Part shown: one piece after another, positions 9,679 to 20,203 of the stretch
How the letters are laid out: each line of letters starts with the position of its first letter
Position numbering within the stretch: the first letter of the stretch is position 1
DNA from: a virus
Taxonomy: Duplodnaviria; Caudoviricetes
IMG/VR virus record: IMGVR_UViG_3300037418_002332
Strand: one strand, 5' to 3'
Length of the DNA: 64,000 nucleotides
Made by a program: the position numbers and the translations under genes
Notes under the pieces: generated by a model
Seen by the model: the letters and a program-made list of their open reading frames with translations, nothing else
What the model was told of the DNA's origin: nothing
Databases searched by the model: none

Positions 9679-9771
9679 GGTCACGTAATTCTTTTTTCTA
9701 TGTATTTAATTTTACTATGTATTTTCTTCGACAACTGTTTAATCTATACTATGCCAAAATTGGAGATAACT

Positions 9772-10200
9772 ATGCATCTATCTGACTATCAAAATGAATG
9801 GAAAAACGATGCCAAAATCGTAAGTGATGCGCTTGATTCAGAATCATTGAACATCCCTGTACTTCATTCTAAATATTTGACATATCTGTCAAACGAACGC
9901 CGACTGTATAAAAAATTAGCGATAACCAAGGAATCAAAAATTGTCACCCTGACTGATTATTATTCAGGAGTGATTGATGGGAGAGACATTGGTCGTCAAC
10001 CATGGGCAATTCGTGAAGGAAGCAAAGCTTCGGTTCAAAAACGAGTTGAGGGTGACGCAGAAATTTTGAAAATTCAGAATGTGCTAGATGAAAAAGAAGA
10101 GATTGTTTTGTTCTTGAAAGAAGTGATTATCTCAATCAACCAAAGAAATTTCATAATCAAAAATGCAATTGACTACATGAGGTGGTCACAGGGAAATTAA
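9772..10200 (+). CDS. uvsY: Recombination mediator UvsY
   Basis: ESLNIPVLHSKYL and INQRNFIIKNAIDYMRW motifs; start chosen after a GGAG RBS. Confidence 0.9.
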   Translation: MHLSDYQNEWKNDAKIVSDALDSESLNIPVLHSKYLTYLSNERRLYKKLAITKESKIVTLTDYYSGVIDGRDIGRQPWAIREGSKASVQKRVEGDAEILKIQNVLDEKEEIVLFLKEVIISINQRNFIIKNAIDYMRWSQGN

Positions 10201-11675
10201 TATTGACTGAAATAATAAAAGTAACAAAAGTCAGTGAAGTATATCTAAAAATTGAATGTAGCCAAGGTTGTAAACAGGAATTGCAAGAATATTTCTCATT
10301 CTTTGCACCCAATTACAGATTTCATCCAAAGTACAAAAATAGAATGTGGGACGGCAAAATCAAACTGTTCAACATGAAGACATGTAAGTTGTATGTTGGA
10401 TTGATGCAAAAAGTTGCCATATTCTGTAAAGAACGTGGTTATGGTTTGGAATGTGATTTTCAACCAACTGACAAAAGCTTTTCAGTCAATGAATTTGAAG
10501 AGTTCATCAATGATTTGAGTCTTGGTAAGAAACCACGTGATTACCAACAAGAAGCAGTCATTAGAGCTATTAGAAAGAAACGAGTTACATTTCTCAGTCC
10601 TACCGCTTCTGGTAAATCATTCATCATCTATCTTATTTTGAGAATCCTTGGAGTCAAGTCACTCCTTATTGTTCCAACAACCGCACTGTGTCTTCAGATG
10701 AAATCCGACTTTGCGGAATATTCAGAAAACGATGATAATTGGTATGTTGAAGACAAAGTTTCAATTATCATGGGTGGTTATTCAAAAGATAACCTGAAAG
10801 ACATCACCGTATCAACCTGGCAATCACTCGATGAAATGCCAAAGGCTTGGTTTGACGAAAACGACTTCCAATGCGTTATACTTGATGAAGCTCATGGTGG
10901 TAAAGCGGCTTCTATCGGAAAAATTATGGAAGCAATCGAATGGGCTCCATATCGTATTGGTTTGACTGGTACACTGGATGATACCCAAATGTCTGAACTG
11001 ACTATCACTGGTCTATTCGGACCAATCTACGAAGTCACCGAAACTAAAACTCTGATTGAGAACAAAACTCTCAGTGATTTGAAAGTGAAGTGTATCCTGT
11101 TCAACTACAGTGACCAAACTAAAAAGACTATGCAACGAGATTATCAATCTGAAATCGACTTGTTGGTTGGACATAAGAAGCGCAATGACTTCCTAGTCAA
11201 TTTGGCATTATCATTGAAAGGCAATACTCTTTTACTTTTTGGAAGAGTTGACGCCCATGGTAAACCATTATATGAACAATTGAAAAATAACACCAAGGGC
11301 AAAAAGGTGTTCTTCGTGGCTGGTGAAATCAGTCCGAAGATTCGTGAAGAAATTCGTAAAACAGTTGAGGAAGAAAAGAAAGACTGTATCATTGTAGCTT
11401 CTACTGGTACATTCTCAACTGGTACAAACATTATCAATCTTCACAATATCATCCAAGCCCACCCAACTAAATCCAAAATCAAAATTCTCCAAAGCATTGG
11501 TAGAGGTTTGAGAAAAGGAGATGACAAAACTGAATGTACATATTTCGACATATCAGATGACTTGACATGGAAAAGCAAAAAGAATTACACTTACAACCAC
11601 TTCCTTGAACGTTTGAAAATCTACGTCAAAAGTGGGTTCAACTACAAACTGTACAAAGTCGATCTGGAGCAATAA
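10182..11675 (+). CDS. uvsW: DNA helicase UvsW
   Basis: WDGKIKLF, PRDYQ, SPTASGKS, DEAH and QSIGRGLR superfamily 2 motifs. Confidence 0.96.
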   Translation: MVTGKLILTEIIKVTKVSEVYLKIECSQGCKQELQEYFSFFAPNYRFHPKYKNRMWDGKIKLFNMKTCKLYVGLMQKVAIFCKERGYGLECDFQPTDKSFSVNEFEEFINDLSLGKKPRDYQQEAVIRAIRKKRVTFLSPTASGKSFIIYLILRILGVKSLLIVPTTALCLQMKSDFAEYSENDDNWYVEDKVSIIMGGYSKDNLKDITVSTWQSLDEMPKAWFDENDFQCVILDEAHGGKAASIGKIMEAIEWAPYRIGLTGTLDDTQMSELTITGLFGPIYEVTETKTLIENKTLSDLKVKCILFNYSDQTKKTMQRDYQSEIDLLVGHKKRNDFLVNLALSLKGNTLLLFGRVDAHGKPLYEQLKNNTKGKKVFFVAGEISPKIREEIRKTVEEEKKDCIIVASTGTFSTGTNIINLHNIIQAHPTKSKIKILQSIGRGLRKGDDKTECTYFDISDDLTWKSKKNYTYNHFLERLKIYVKSGFNYKLYKVDLEQ

Positions 11676-12172
11676 TGAGCAAATATATTGACAATAAGAA
11701 ATTTTTTGTCGAAATTACCAAATACGTTGAAGTCTATAATTTGAGAGAAAAGGAAGGCAAAGAATTGCCACGTCTAACAGAATATCTTGGGGATTGTTTT
11801 CTCAAGATAGCAACTAATTTAGCATTGAAATACAACTTCGCATCATATAAATTTAAAGACGAAATGATTTCGGATGGTTATTTCGATTGCATCCGCTATG
11901 CACATAAGTTTGACGAAACTAAAACAAAAAACCCATTCGCTTACTTTACGCAAATTTGTTGGTATGCATTCATCCGTAAAATCCAAAAGGAAAAGAAAGT
12001 TTTGTACACCAAATACAAAGCAATCAATAATTCCGAATTGTTCGGTCTTCTTCACACCCATGCTGATGCAGATGATCTAAGCATTATCAATGACATCGGA
12101 TATAGTGAAGGCGCACGTGAGAACATGGATAACTTCATTCGCGAATATGAGGCGAAACATCCAAAAGGATAA
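11675..12172 (+). CDS. gp55: Late transcription sigma factor
   Basis: NFASYKFKDEMISDG and NPFAYFTQICWYAFIRKIQKEKK motifs. Confidence 0.96.
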   Translation: MSKYIDNKKFFVEITKYVEVYNLREKEGKELPRLTEYLGDCFLKIATNLALKYNFASYKFKDEMISDGYFDCIRYAHKFDETKTKNPFAYFTQICWYAFIRKIQKEKKVLYTKYKAINNSELFGLLHTHADADDLSIINDIGYSEGARENMDNFIREYEAKHPKG

Positions 12173-12174
12173 TA

Positions 12175-13221
12175 ATGAACAAAAAAGTAGCTCTCATCAC
12201 TGATACACATATCGGTCTGAGAAACTCATCCCCATATTTTCTCAATAAGCAAAAGCAATTCTTCGAGGAAATATTTTTTCCAACAATTGATCAAGAAGAA
12301 ATCGACACCGTCATCCATTTGGGTGACGTTTTCGATAAACAGACGAACATCAAATTCACAGTGTTTGATGAAGCAACAAAGTTCTTCTTTGATGAAATTG
12401 CCAAACGCAAACTTGATTTTCATATCATCGTTGGAAATCATGATTGCCCATACCGCAACACCAACACTCCCAATGCACCTGAACTTCTATTGAAGCGTGG
12501 ATATGATTTCCACGTCTACGATGGACCAACTGAGGTGAATATCAAGGGAAACAATTTCTGTTTTATTCCATGGGTCAATGTTGAAAATACTGTTGCAACT
12601 AATCAACTGATTGAAAAAACAAATGCCAATTATCTATTTGGTCATTTGGAAATCATCGGTTTTACGATGGTCAAAGGTTCAGTGAGCGAAAAAGGTTTTG
12701 ATCGCAAATCACTTTCGAAATTCGAAAAAGTGTTCAGTGGTCATTTCCATCATCGTTCACAGGAAAACAACATTTGGTATTTGGGCAATCCATATGAAAC
12801 AACATGGGCTGATTTTGAAAATCAAAAAGGTTTTCATATCTTTGATTTGGACGATTATTCACTTCGTCGCATTGATAATCCATATCATAGTCATGTTTAC
12901 ATCACAAAGTTCGAACAAGTTATTGAAGATGATTTAGCAAATCAAATTGTCAAAATTGACTTGACTGATATGACCGATGAGGAAGTTGACAAAACATATA
13001 AGGCACTGGACAATTTCCAGAAAAAGCCTGAATCAGTGTTGTTCATCAACAAAGCTAATTTTACTGAGTTTGCAGATGCTGATACTGATGATTTGGCAAT
13101 TACAACGACTAAAGACATCATGGTTGATTATATCAAGTCTATGGAAGATGAAAATAGAAAAATGGATGAACTTGTTGAATATATGAAGGAATTGTATGAA
13201 AGGGCATTGGAAGTCGAATGA
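12175..13221 (+). CDS. gp47: Recombination nuclease subunit (Mre11-like)
   Basis: DTHIG, HLGDVFD, GNHD, FGHLE and SGHFH motifs. Confidence 0.95.
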   Translation: MNKKVALITDTHIGLRNSSPYFLNKQKQFFEEIFFPTIDQEEIDTVIHLGDVFDKQTNIKFTVFDEATKFFFDEIAKRKLDFHIIVGNHDCPYRNTNTPNAPELLLKRGYDFHVYDGPTEVNIKGNNFCFIPWVNVENTVATNQLIEKTNANYLFGHLEIIGFTMVKGSVSEKGFDRKSLSKFEKVFSGHFHHRSQENNIWYLGNPYETTWADFENQKGFHIFDLDDYSLRRIDNPYHSHVYITKFEQVIEDDLANQIVKIDLTDMTDEEVDKTYKALDNFQKKPESVLFINKANFTEFADADTDDLAITTTKDIMVDYIKSMEDENRKMDELVEYMKELYERALEVE

Positions 13222-14918
13222 TCAGATTTTTAAGAATTTCATACAAAAATTTCTTTTCAATTGGTAATTTTCCAATTGAAATTGATCTGACTGCAAACCA
13301 TTCCACCTTGATTATCGGTACGAATGGCGTGGGCAAATCCACGTTCGTTTCAGCTATCTGTTTCGCTCTTTATGGTAAGCCATACAAGGAAGTTTTGAAA
13401 GGATCAATCATCAACTCAATCAACAAAAAGGATTTGTTAGTTGAGATTGAGTTTGATATTGGTTCAGAACATTATAAAATCATCCGAGGTATGAAACCAA
13501 ACATCTTCGAAATATATTTGAACGATGTACTTTTGAATGTCGATAACAAAGCCATTGATTACCAGGAACATCTTGAGAAAAACATTATCAAGATGAGCTT
13601 CCATACATTCAAGCAAATTGTAGTCATCGGTAATAGCGGTTTCACTCCTTTCCTTCAGCTTCCGACCGGCCAACGTCGAGATATGATCGAAAACATCCTG
13701 GATATGACAATTTTCAGTATCATGAATGTTTTATGTAAAGATGATGTAAATCATCTGAATATCAAACGACAAGAATTGGAACGGGAAATATTCGAACTCG
13801 GAATCAAGATTGGTGCCGAAAATGATAAAATAAAGTTCATCGAAGAACAAAATAAAAGTACAAATGTAACTACAAAGAAAAATCTTCTACTTGAACAAAT
13901 CACTCCGAAGGAAAATTTGATTCTAAAAATTCCGACCGAGTTTCCAGATTTACAACCTGAGATCATCAAACTCAACGATACGCTTCGTGCCTTTGATAAG
14001 AAGGAAACGACTACGAACACTGAAATGACTTTTCTTCAAAAGGAAATTCATTTATTGAGTTGTGGTACGTGCCCGACCTGTAAGCAAGAGATCGCTGAAT
14101 CCTTCAAAGCGCAACGCATGGCTGCCATTGAGGTTGAAACTGCTTCTAAGCAAGAATTGCTAAAAAAGGTGGAAAAGGCAAAAAACTCGGTAAGTACCAC
14201 GCTGAGTGAAAAACAGGCTAAAAAAGATAAGCAAGATCAACTAGTTAGAATGCGAGAAAAGCTGGAAATCGAACTTTCAGCACTAAAAGCGGAAATCGAC
14301 CGTTTGGAAGAAAAATCAGAATTGACGAGCATACAAGCCAATTTAGATGAAATTAAGGAACTTAATGATTCCTTGAACGTTAAAAAAGATGGCCAATCTC
14401 AGGCCGTCAAAGATATTGAACTGCGTAAGATGGCTCTTCAGGTTCTGAAGGACAATGGAGTCAAATCAAAAATCATTCGGACATATATCCCTTTGATCAA
14501 CCAGTTCATTAATGAATATCTCGAACAGATGAATTTTTATGTCTCATTCGAGATCGATGAAAACTTTGACGAAACGATCAAATCCAGACATCGCGACGTT
14601 TTCACATACAACAATTTTTCCGATGGCGAAAAGGCTCGTATCGATCTGGCCTTCCTGTTCGCTTGGAGAAAAATTTCAAAACTGCGCAATGGCATCTCAA
14701 CAAACCTGTTGATTTTGGATGAGGTATTTTCAGGCAGTTTGGATTATTCCGGCATTGAGGATTTGAATCTGATCCTCAAAAATCTTGAAGATAGCAACGT
14801 CTTCGTCATCACTCACCGGCTTGAGGGTGCCATTGAGAAATTTGAATCCGTAATCGAATTCGAAAAAGAAAAAAATTTCACGCAAATTTCTAGGAACAGC
14901 AATGCAGTACAATCTTGA
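13218..14918 (+). CDS. gp46: Recombination ATPase subunit (Rad50-like)
   Basis: GTNGVGKS Walker A, CPTC hook, FSDGEKARIDL signature, LDEVF. Confidence 0.96.
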   Translation: MIRFLRISYKNFFSIGNFPIEIDLTANHSTLIIGTNGVGKSTFVSAICFALYGKPYKEVLKGSIINSINKKDLLVEIEFDIGSEHYKIIRGMKPNIFEIYLNDVLLNVDNKAIDYQEHLEKNIIKMSFHTFKQIVVIGNSGFTPFLQLPTGQRRDMIENILDMTIFSIMNVLCKDDVNHLNIKRQELEREIFELGIKIGAENDKIKFIEEQNKSTNVTTKKNLLLEQITPKENLILKIPTEFPDLQPEIIKLNDTLRAFDKKETTTNTEMTFLQKEIHLLSCGTCPTCKQEIAESFKAQRMAAIEVETASKQELLKKVEKAKNSVSTTLSEKQAKKDKQDQLVRMREKLEIELSALKAEIDRLEEKSELTSIQANLDEIKELNDSLNVKKDGQSQAVKDIELRKMALQVLKDNGVKSKIIRTYIPLINQFINEYLEQMNFYVSFEIDENFDETIKSRHRDVFTYNNFSDGEKARIDLAFLFAWRKISKLRNGISTNLLILDEVFSGSLDYSGIEDLNLILKNLEDSNVFVITHRLEGAIEKFESVIEFEKEKNFTQISRNSNAVQS

Positions 14919-15432
14919 TCCAAAATTTTTACATAAGAAAACCGAAACTTTTGACTTTACTAATCCCAAAATTCCCGCTAAAGAGTTATTCGATAATATG
15001 AAGGAAACAATGCTGGCCGTTGGCGGCGTTGGATTGGCGGCAAATCAAGTCGGCATCGATGCGTCAATGTTTGTGATGGGTGATCCAAAAAACCCATCCT
15101 CGATCATTGGTTGTTTCAATCCTAAAATCGTATTTATGTCTGGCAATAAAAAGATGGACAACGAAAGCTGTCTATCATTGCCAGGTATCTTGATGAAGAA
15201 GGAGCGTGACGTTGAAATCCGTGTTCGCTACCAAGATTATTTGGGAGCAGTAAACACCAAGGTTTTCACAAACTTCACAGCTCGAGTCTTCCAACACGAG
15301 TTCGATCATTTACAAGGCATCACTCTTTTGAGTGGTTTGTCAAAACTCAAACTCGATATGGCTATGAAGAAGGCCAAGAAACTTGGCGTCAAATATAGGA
15401 TGGAAGCATTACAAAATGAAAGATCTGAATAA
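14902..15432 (+). CDS. def: Peptide deformylase
   Basis: GVGLAANQVG, ESCLS and HEFDH motifs. Confidence 0.95.
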   Translation: MQYNLDPKFLHKKTETFDFTNPKIPAKELFDNMKETMLAVGGVGLAANQVGIDASMFVMGDPKNPSSIIGCFNPKIVFMSGNKKMDNESCLSLPGILMKKERDVEIRVRYQDYLGAVNTKVFTNFTARVFQHEFDHLQGITLLSGLSKLKLDMAMKKAKKLGVKYRMEALQNERSE

Positions 15433-17296
15433 GAATTCTATCGTTGTCAAAATTCTGGCTAATGAAAACATTTCACTAGTCGTTCAAGAAGGCTTGCCTA
15501 CTGCTTCCTTCGATCTCAAAAATCGTATCGTTCGTGTTCCAAATTATATGTTTGATGACGACGATTTCACAACCATGGTGCTAGCTCACGAAGTTGGTCA
15601 CTGTCTCTACACTCCATATAACGGTTGGTTCGACTTTTTGAAGCAAGTCGAAAAAGATACCAGCCTCACCGATCAACAAAAAAATGCAGCCAAATCTGCC
15701 TTGAACATTCTTGAAGACGTTCGTATTGACAAGTTCATGCAAAAACGTTATTCAGGCTTGGTGAAATATTACAAGCGTTCATGCCGTTGGATCGTTGATA
15801 ATGACTTCTTCAAGATCAAAGCGAAAAACAAGAATTTGACAGGTATGTCATTTTTGAATCGTCTTTGCGTTTGGGCAAAGTGCGATAGTCGTTCGTCACT
15901 TCATGCATATGGTGTGAAGTTCAGCGCTGAAGAGCAAAGTTATGTCGATGAAATTTTCGCAGCTGAAACTTTTGAAGAAGTTCAACGTTTGGCCTTGGAA
16001 GTTATCAAGCGGTTTCCGTTGAATGATGATGTCGATGGCCTTGACGAAGAAATGGAAGAAGAGGAAGGCGATAACCAAAAGGGCGAAGGCCAAGAAGGAG
16101 AAGGCTTGGCTCCTGGTCGTTACAATGTTCATGACGAAAATATGGACAAAGACGGTAAGGGTGACGGCAAAGATTATGATAATGTCACAGCCGGTGGCTT
16201 GAATGCTGTTAACCAAAGCTTGTATGATCTTTGGGAACAATCAGTTTCACCTAAAGCAAACGTCGCGGTATCAAATTCATATCAAAATAAGTCAGGAACC
16301 AAAATTCTGAATGAAATGAAAGAATTCGTCACGGCTGATTTTGCAACCGGTCGTCGCACTCCAGTTACACTTGATAAAGTCTCTGAACTTTCAAAAGAAT
16401 ACAACCAGTATGTGAACTTGTTTGCGACTAAGTTCAATCAACGTAAACGAGCTCGTCAGTTGGTTAACAATTTCGAACGTGATACAGGTCGCGTTGATCC
16501 TCTGAAACTTTTCAAGTACAAATATGATGATAACATCTTCACTAAGAATGTGATTGAGAATTATCAAAAGAACCATGGTTTTATGTTTCTGATCGATTGC
16601 TCATCTTCAATGTCTGATGTGTTTAAGTCATTGACGTTGCAGTTGTTTGCATTTTACAAAATTTGCGATCGCATTGATGTACCATTCGTTGCTTATGGTT
16701 ACACTGATGAATATTATTTCACACGTGATAGCATGAAGAAGCCGCAAGAAACCAATTTTGGATCACATTTGAAATATTACAAATTTTTCGAAAAGGGTGA
16801 TTCGAAAAAGGAAATCTTCATGAATATCGCGAAGATGATTGCTGGCGATGTTTCAATGGGTGGCACACCAACTTCCGATGCGTTGCTTGGTTTGGTTCCT
16901 GAAATAAAAAGATTTAAGAATACCTATCTTCCTGACATCACAAACGTTATCGTTGTGACTGATGGTTCAGATGGAACTTCTATGCAAAGTTCTTCGTTGT
17001 CATTCAATGGAGCACTATATATGAACAAGTTCTCTCCGAGAGGTGTCGTTGATAACAACGCAGCTATCTATGCTCTTCTCAGGGATTTCTATGATGTAAG
17101 AATCTTCCATATGGATATCACGGATCACGTTCCTGATTCGATGCTATCTATGGATGAAACCAAAGCCTTCCAACGCAATAACTTTTTGTCGAAGAAGGAT
17201 TTCGGCGGTGCGGATAATGTTCTCTGGTTGAGAGAATCGTTGATCCAATCCAAATCAACTAAGGTAATCGACAGTCTCGTTAACATTTTGGCATAA
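15416..17296 (+). CDS. CobT-like protein: HExxH metallopeptidase-like N-domain plus vWA domain
   Basis: LAHEVGH, NILEDVRI; DCSSSM MIDAS, GGTPT and TDG motifs. Confidence 0.8.
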   Translation: MKDLNKNSIVVKILANENISLVVQEGLPTASFDLKNRIVRVPNYMFDDDDFTTMVLAHEVGHCLYTPYNGWFDFLKQVEKDTSLTDQQKNAAKSALNILEDVRIDKFMQKRYSGLVKYYKRSCRWIVDNDFFKIKAKNKNLTGMSFLNRLCVWAKCDSRSSLHAYGVKFSAEEQSYVDEIFAAETFEEVQRLALEVIKRFPLNDDVDGLDEEMEEEEGDNQKGEGQEGEGLAPGRYNVHDENMDKDGKGDGKDYDNVTAGGLNAVNQSLYDLWEQSVSPKANVAVSNSYQNKSGTKILNEMKEFVTADFATGRRTPVTLDKVSELSKEYNQYVNLFATKFNQRKRARQLVNNFERDTGRVDPLKLFKYKYDDNIFTKNVIENYQKNHGFMFLIDCSSSMSDVFKSLTLQLFAFYKICDRIDVPFVAYGYTDEYYFTRDSMKKPQETNFGSHLKYYKFFEKGDSKKEIFMNIAKMIAGDVSMGGTPTSDALLGLVPEIKRFKNTYLPDITNVIVVTDGSDGTSMQSSSLSFNGALYMNKFSPRGVVDNNAAIYALLRDFYDVRIFHMDITDHVPDSMLSMDETKAFQRNNFLSKKDFGGADNVLWLRESLIQSKSTKVIDSLVNILA

Positions 17297-17310
17297 GGAA
17301 AAGATATATT

Positions 17311-18192
17311 ATGAACTTCATCAAAACTGACTCATACGAATTTATCAAGCGTTTCTTCAAGGACGATTTGTTTTTCAACGTCTTCGTATCCGGCCCAAAG
17401 GGTTGTGGTAAGACCAAGACAATTGAAAGCATTCACAAGGAATTGGGCAAGCAGCTTGTTCGTGTGAATATCAGCATTGAAACTGACGAAGATTCTTTGA
17501 TTGGTGGTTTCCGTCTGCGTGATGGCGCTACTGTCTTTGAACGTGGTCCAGTTCTCAAAGCAATGCAAGAAGGCGCAACCCTTCTTCTTGACGAACTTGA
17601 TCAGGGTCATCCTCAGCGTCTGATGTGCCTTCAATCAATTCTTGAAGGTTCACCATACCATATTAAGCGCACCAATGAGCTCGTAGAACCAAAGAAAGGT
17701 TTCAAAATCATCGCTACAGCCAACACCAAAGGCTCTGGCGACGAAACTGGGCAATATATAGGTGCACAACTTCTGAACTCAGCTATGAAAGACCGCTTTG
17801 CGGTTTTCTATGAATTCAATTACCCAGACCCAGAAATCGAAAAGAACATCCTCGGCGAAATCGTGGATGAACTTCACAGCACCACTTCCTTGGCTAATGA
17901 TGTTGCAAAGCCAACCAAGGGTCAACTGAATAAACTGGTCGTTTGGGCGAATGAAATTCGTAACAACGATAGCGAGTTTGAAATTGATGAATCAATTTCT
18001 TCCCGTAAATTGATTGATATCGTGAAGGGTTATTACTTCATGGGCGACATTGAAACTTCAATTCGCCATTGTATCGCTGGCTATCCATCAGAATATGTGG
18101 ACAGCTTTATGAAAATTTACGATCTTATTGATGATGAAGGTAACGTGGCGAAGGAAGAACCTGTAGCACAAAAACAATACAAAAAATTCTAA
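17311..18192 (+). CDS. CobS/MoxR-like AAA+ ATPase
   Basis: GPKGCGKT, DEDSLIGGFRL, LLLDE, ATANTKG and DRF motifs; paired with the vWA gene. Confidence 0.88.
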   Translation: MNFIKTDSYEFIKRFFKDDLFFNVFVSGPKGCGKTKTIESIHKELGKQLVRVNISIETDEDSLIGGFRLRDGATVFERGPVLKAMQEGATLLLDELDQGHPQRLMCLQSILEGSPYHIKRTNELVEPKKGFKIIATANTKGSGDETGQYIGAQLLNSAMKDRFAVFYEFNYPDPEIEKNILGEIVDELHSTTSLANDVAKPTKGQLNKLVVWANEIRNNDSEFEIDESISSRKLIDIVKGYYFMGDIETSIRHCIAGYPSEYVDSFMKIYDLIDDEGNVAKEEPVAQKQYKKF

Positions 18193-18201
18193 GGAGAAAC
18201 T

Positions 18202-19038
18202 TTGGACATAGAAATCTCTCTCGATCCTCTAAGAGAAAATTGTAGAGTATTTCTAGGCATACCAATGTACGGCGGAGGCGGTGCCGGCTTTTTCATGAAG
18301 TCATGTATGTCACTCATGACTTTTATGACAAAAGTCGGCATCAAATTCCAACCGTATTTCATTTTCAATGAGTCATTGGTTACTAGAGCAAGAAACTATA
18401 TTGCTGATGAATTTATGCGAAGTGATTGCACCCATCTACTATTCATTGATGCGGACATAGAATATGCACCTGAAGACGTAATTACGCTTCTTCATTTTGC
18501 AGAAACAAAAAATCTTGATGTTACTTGCGGACCATATGCTAAGAAAAACATCTCATGGGAAAAAATCGTTGCCGCTGTAAATGCAGGCAAAGCTGATGAA
18601 AACCCTAACATTCTTTCACAATATGCTGGTGACTATGTATTCAGTCCACTTCAAACTGAATTCACAATGGATCAACCACTTGAAGTAAGAGAATCAGGCA
18701 CAGGCTTTATGTTGATCAAACGTAAGGTCATGGAAGACTTTGCCTTAGCATACCCTGAACTTCACTATTATCCAGATCATAAACGTTCAAAGGATTTCGG
18801 TGGTGACCGAAAGATTGTTGGATTCTTTATGGATCCAATTGACGAAGAACGACATTTGTCTGAAGACTATTTCTTCTGCAAATGGGCCAGAAAAATTGGC
18901 AAGAGAATTTGGATTTTGCCATGGCTTAAACTTAATCATTTTGGCAACTATAATTTTGAAGGTAATCTTGAGGCAATCCTATCTTTGGGCCTGGCCCCAC
19001 AAATCAAGGAAGAAGATGTCAAAAAAGTCCAGCAGTAA
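18202..19038 (+). CDS. GT-A fold glycosyltransferase-like protein
   Basis: ESLVTRARN, LFIDADI, GTGFMLIKR and LSEDYFFC motifs. Confidence 0.75.
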   Translation: MDIEISLDPLRENCRVFLGIPMYGGGGAGFFMKSCMSLMTFMTKVGIKFQPYFIFNESLVTRARNYIADEFMRSDCTHLLFIDADIEYAPEDVITLLHFAETKNLDVTCGPYAKKNISWEKIVAAVNAGKADENPNILSQYAGDYVFSPLQTEFTMDQPLEVRESGTGFMLIKRKVMEDFALAYPELHYYPDHKRSKDFGGDRKIVGFFMDPIDEERHLSEDYFFCKWARKIGKRIWILPWLKLNHFGNYNFEGNLEAILSLGLAPQIKEEDVKKVQQ

Positions 19039-19060
19039 GCTATTCCAAGATATTTTGGAC

Positions 19061-19384
19061 GTGAAGAAATCATCAGGTCCTAATCTAAAATATAATGAGG
19101 AAGCTTTGATTAATGAGCTCCTTGAATACACCAAGTCTACATATGGACAACATTATGTTGGTGAAGATAATATTCAATATATGGACATGGTTATGTCCGA
19201 TATTGATAATGGTTTGGGATTTTTGAAGCATTCAGCCGGGAAGTACATCAATCGTCTCGGTAAGAAGGAAGGCTTCAATAGAAAAGATATTATGAAGAGT
19301 TTACACTTTTTGATTTTGCTTTTATACAAAGCTGATAAAGATATATTTAAGGAGACTGATAGTAATAATGAAACTGACCGATAA
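19061..19384 (+). CDS. Conserved T4-like phage protein (DUF3310-like)
   Basis: YTKSTYGQHY ... KYINRLGKKEG ... DIMKSLHF pattern; GTG start estimated. Confidence 0.6.
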   Translation: MKKSSGPNLKYNEEALINELLEYTKSTYGQHYVGEDNIQYMDMVMSDIDNGLGFLKHSAGKYINRLGKKEGFNRKDIMKSLHFLILLLYKADKDIFKETDSNNETDR

Positions 19385-20024
19385 GACAAAAACCATTTTG
19401 GAAAATTTCTCCAAGATTAGCAATTCCGTATACTTCTTCGCTGGTAAGACTCAAAAGGTAATGACTCCAGCAAAAACCATCGTAGCTGAAGCCGAATTCG
19501 ACGAAGAATTCCCAGCTGAGTTTGGTATCTATGACTTCGCTAAGTTCCTTTCAGTTCTATCATTGTTTGAAGAACCTGAACTTGAATTCACTGACAAATA
19601 TGTCACCATCAAGGATTCAACTACAACTGCAACATATTGGTTCACTTCAAAGGAACTGATCAGCAACGTTGTTGTTCCACAAAATAAGTCAATCAGCCTT
19701 TCAAATGTTGATTTGAGCTTTGAACTTTCCAAGGATGATTACAAATATTTGAAGTCATCATCTTCAGTCATGAACTTGACCAACTTCATCATCGAGGGTG
19801 ATGGCACTGCAATTAACCTTTTGGTTAAGGACGCAGACAATGATACTTCCAACAAGATGAGCAAAAAGGTTGGTGACACCACTGACACTTTCCAATATGT
19901 TGGTGACGTCTCAAATCTGAGAATGTTGGATGATGACTATGATGTTAAGGTTGCTAAGGCAGGCATCATTGAGTTTGCATCAAAGAACAACAAATTGAAG
20001 TACTGGGTAGCAATCAGAAAGTAA
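19368..20024 (+). CDS. gp45: Sliding clamp
   Basis: MKLTDKTKTILENFSKI and EFGIYDFAKFLSVL motifs. Confidence 0.95.
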   Translation: MKLTDKTKTILENFSKISNSVYFFAGKTQKVMTPAKTIVAEAEFDEEFPAEFGIYDFAKFLSVLSLFEEPELEFTDKYVTIKDSTTTATYWFTSKELISNVVVPQNKSISLSNVDLSFELSKDDYKYLKSSSSVMNLTNFIIEGDGTAINLLVKDADNDTSNKMSKKVGDTTDTFQYVGDVSNLRMLDDDYDVKVAKAGIIEFASKNNKLKYWVAIRK

Positions 20025-20203
20025 TGATGAATCCTGAAACGACAGTTCAATATCTCAAAGTCAGAGATTACTTTGCTGCTCATTGTCCATCCCAAATAAT
20101 TGAAGGATGGACAAACTTTGGAGATTATGAAGGTGCGGCGAAAGTAGCATACAAATATGCGGATGCTATGATGAAGGCAAGAGAAATAAAAGATGACAAT
20201 TGA
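20024..20203 (+). CDS. Small phage hypothetical protein (59 aa)
   Basis: Read by hand: MMNPETT...RDYFAAH...AYKYADAMMKAR, a motif common in phages; fills the gap between genes. Confidence 0.7.
   Translation: MMNPETTVQYLKVRDYFAAHCPSQIIEGWTNFGDYEGAAKVAYKYADAMMKAREIKDDN

Noticed and set aside
9516-9771. CRISPR mini-array or tRNA in the large intergenic gaps (also 42930-43167)
   Set aside because: No regularly spaced direct repeats with spacers and no cloverleaf or TTCGA T-loop context.
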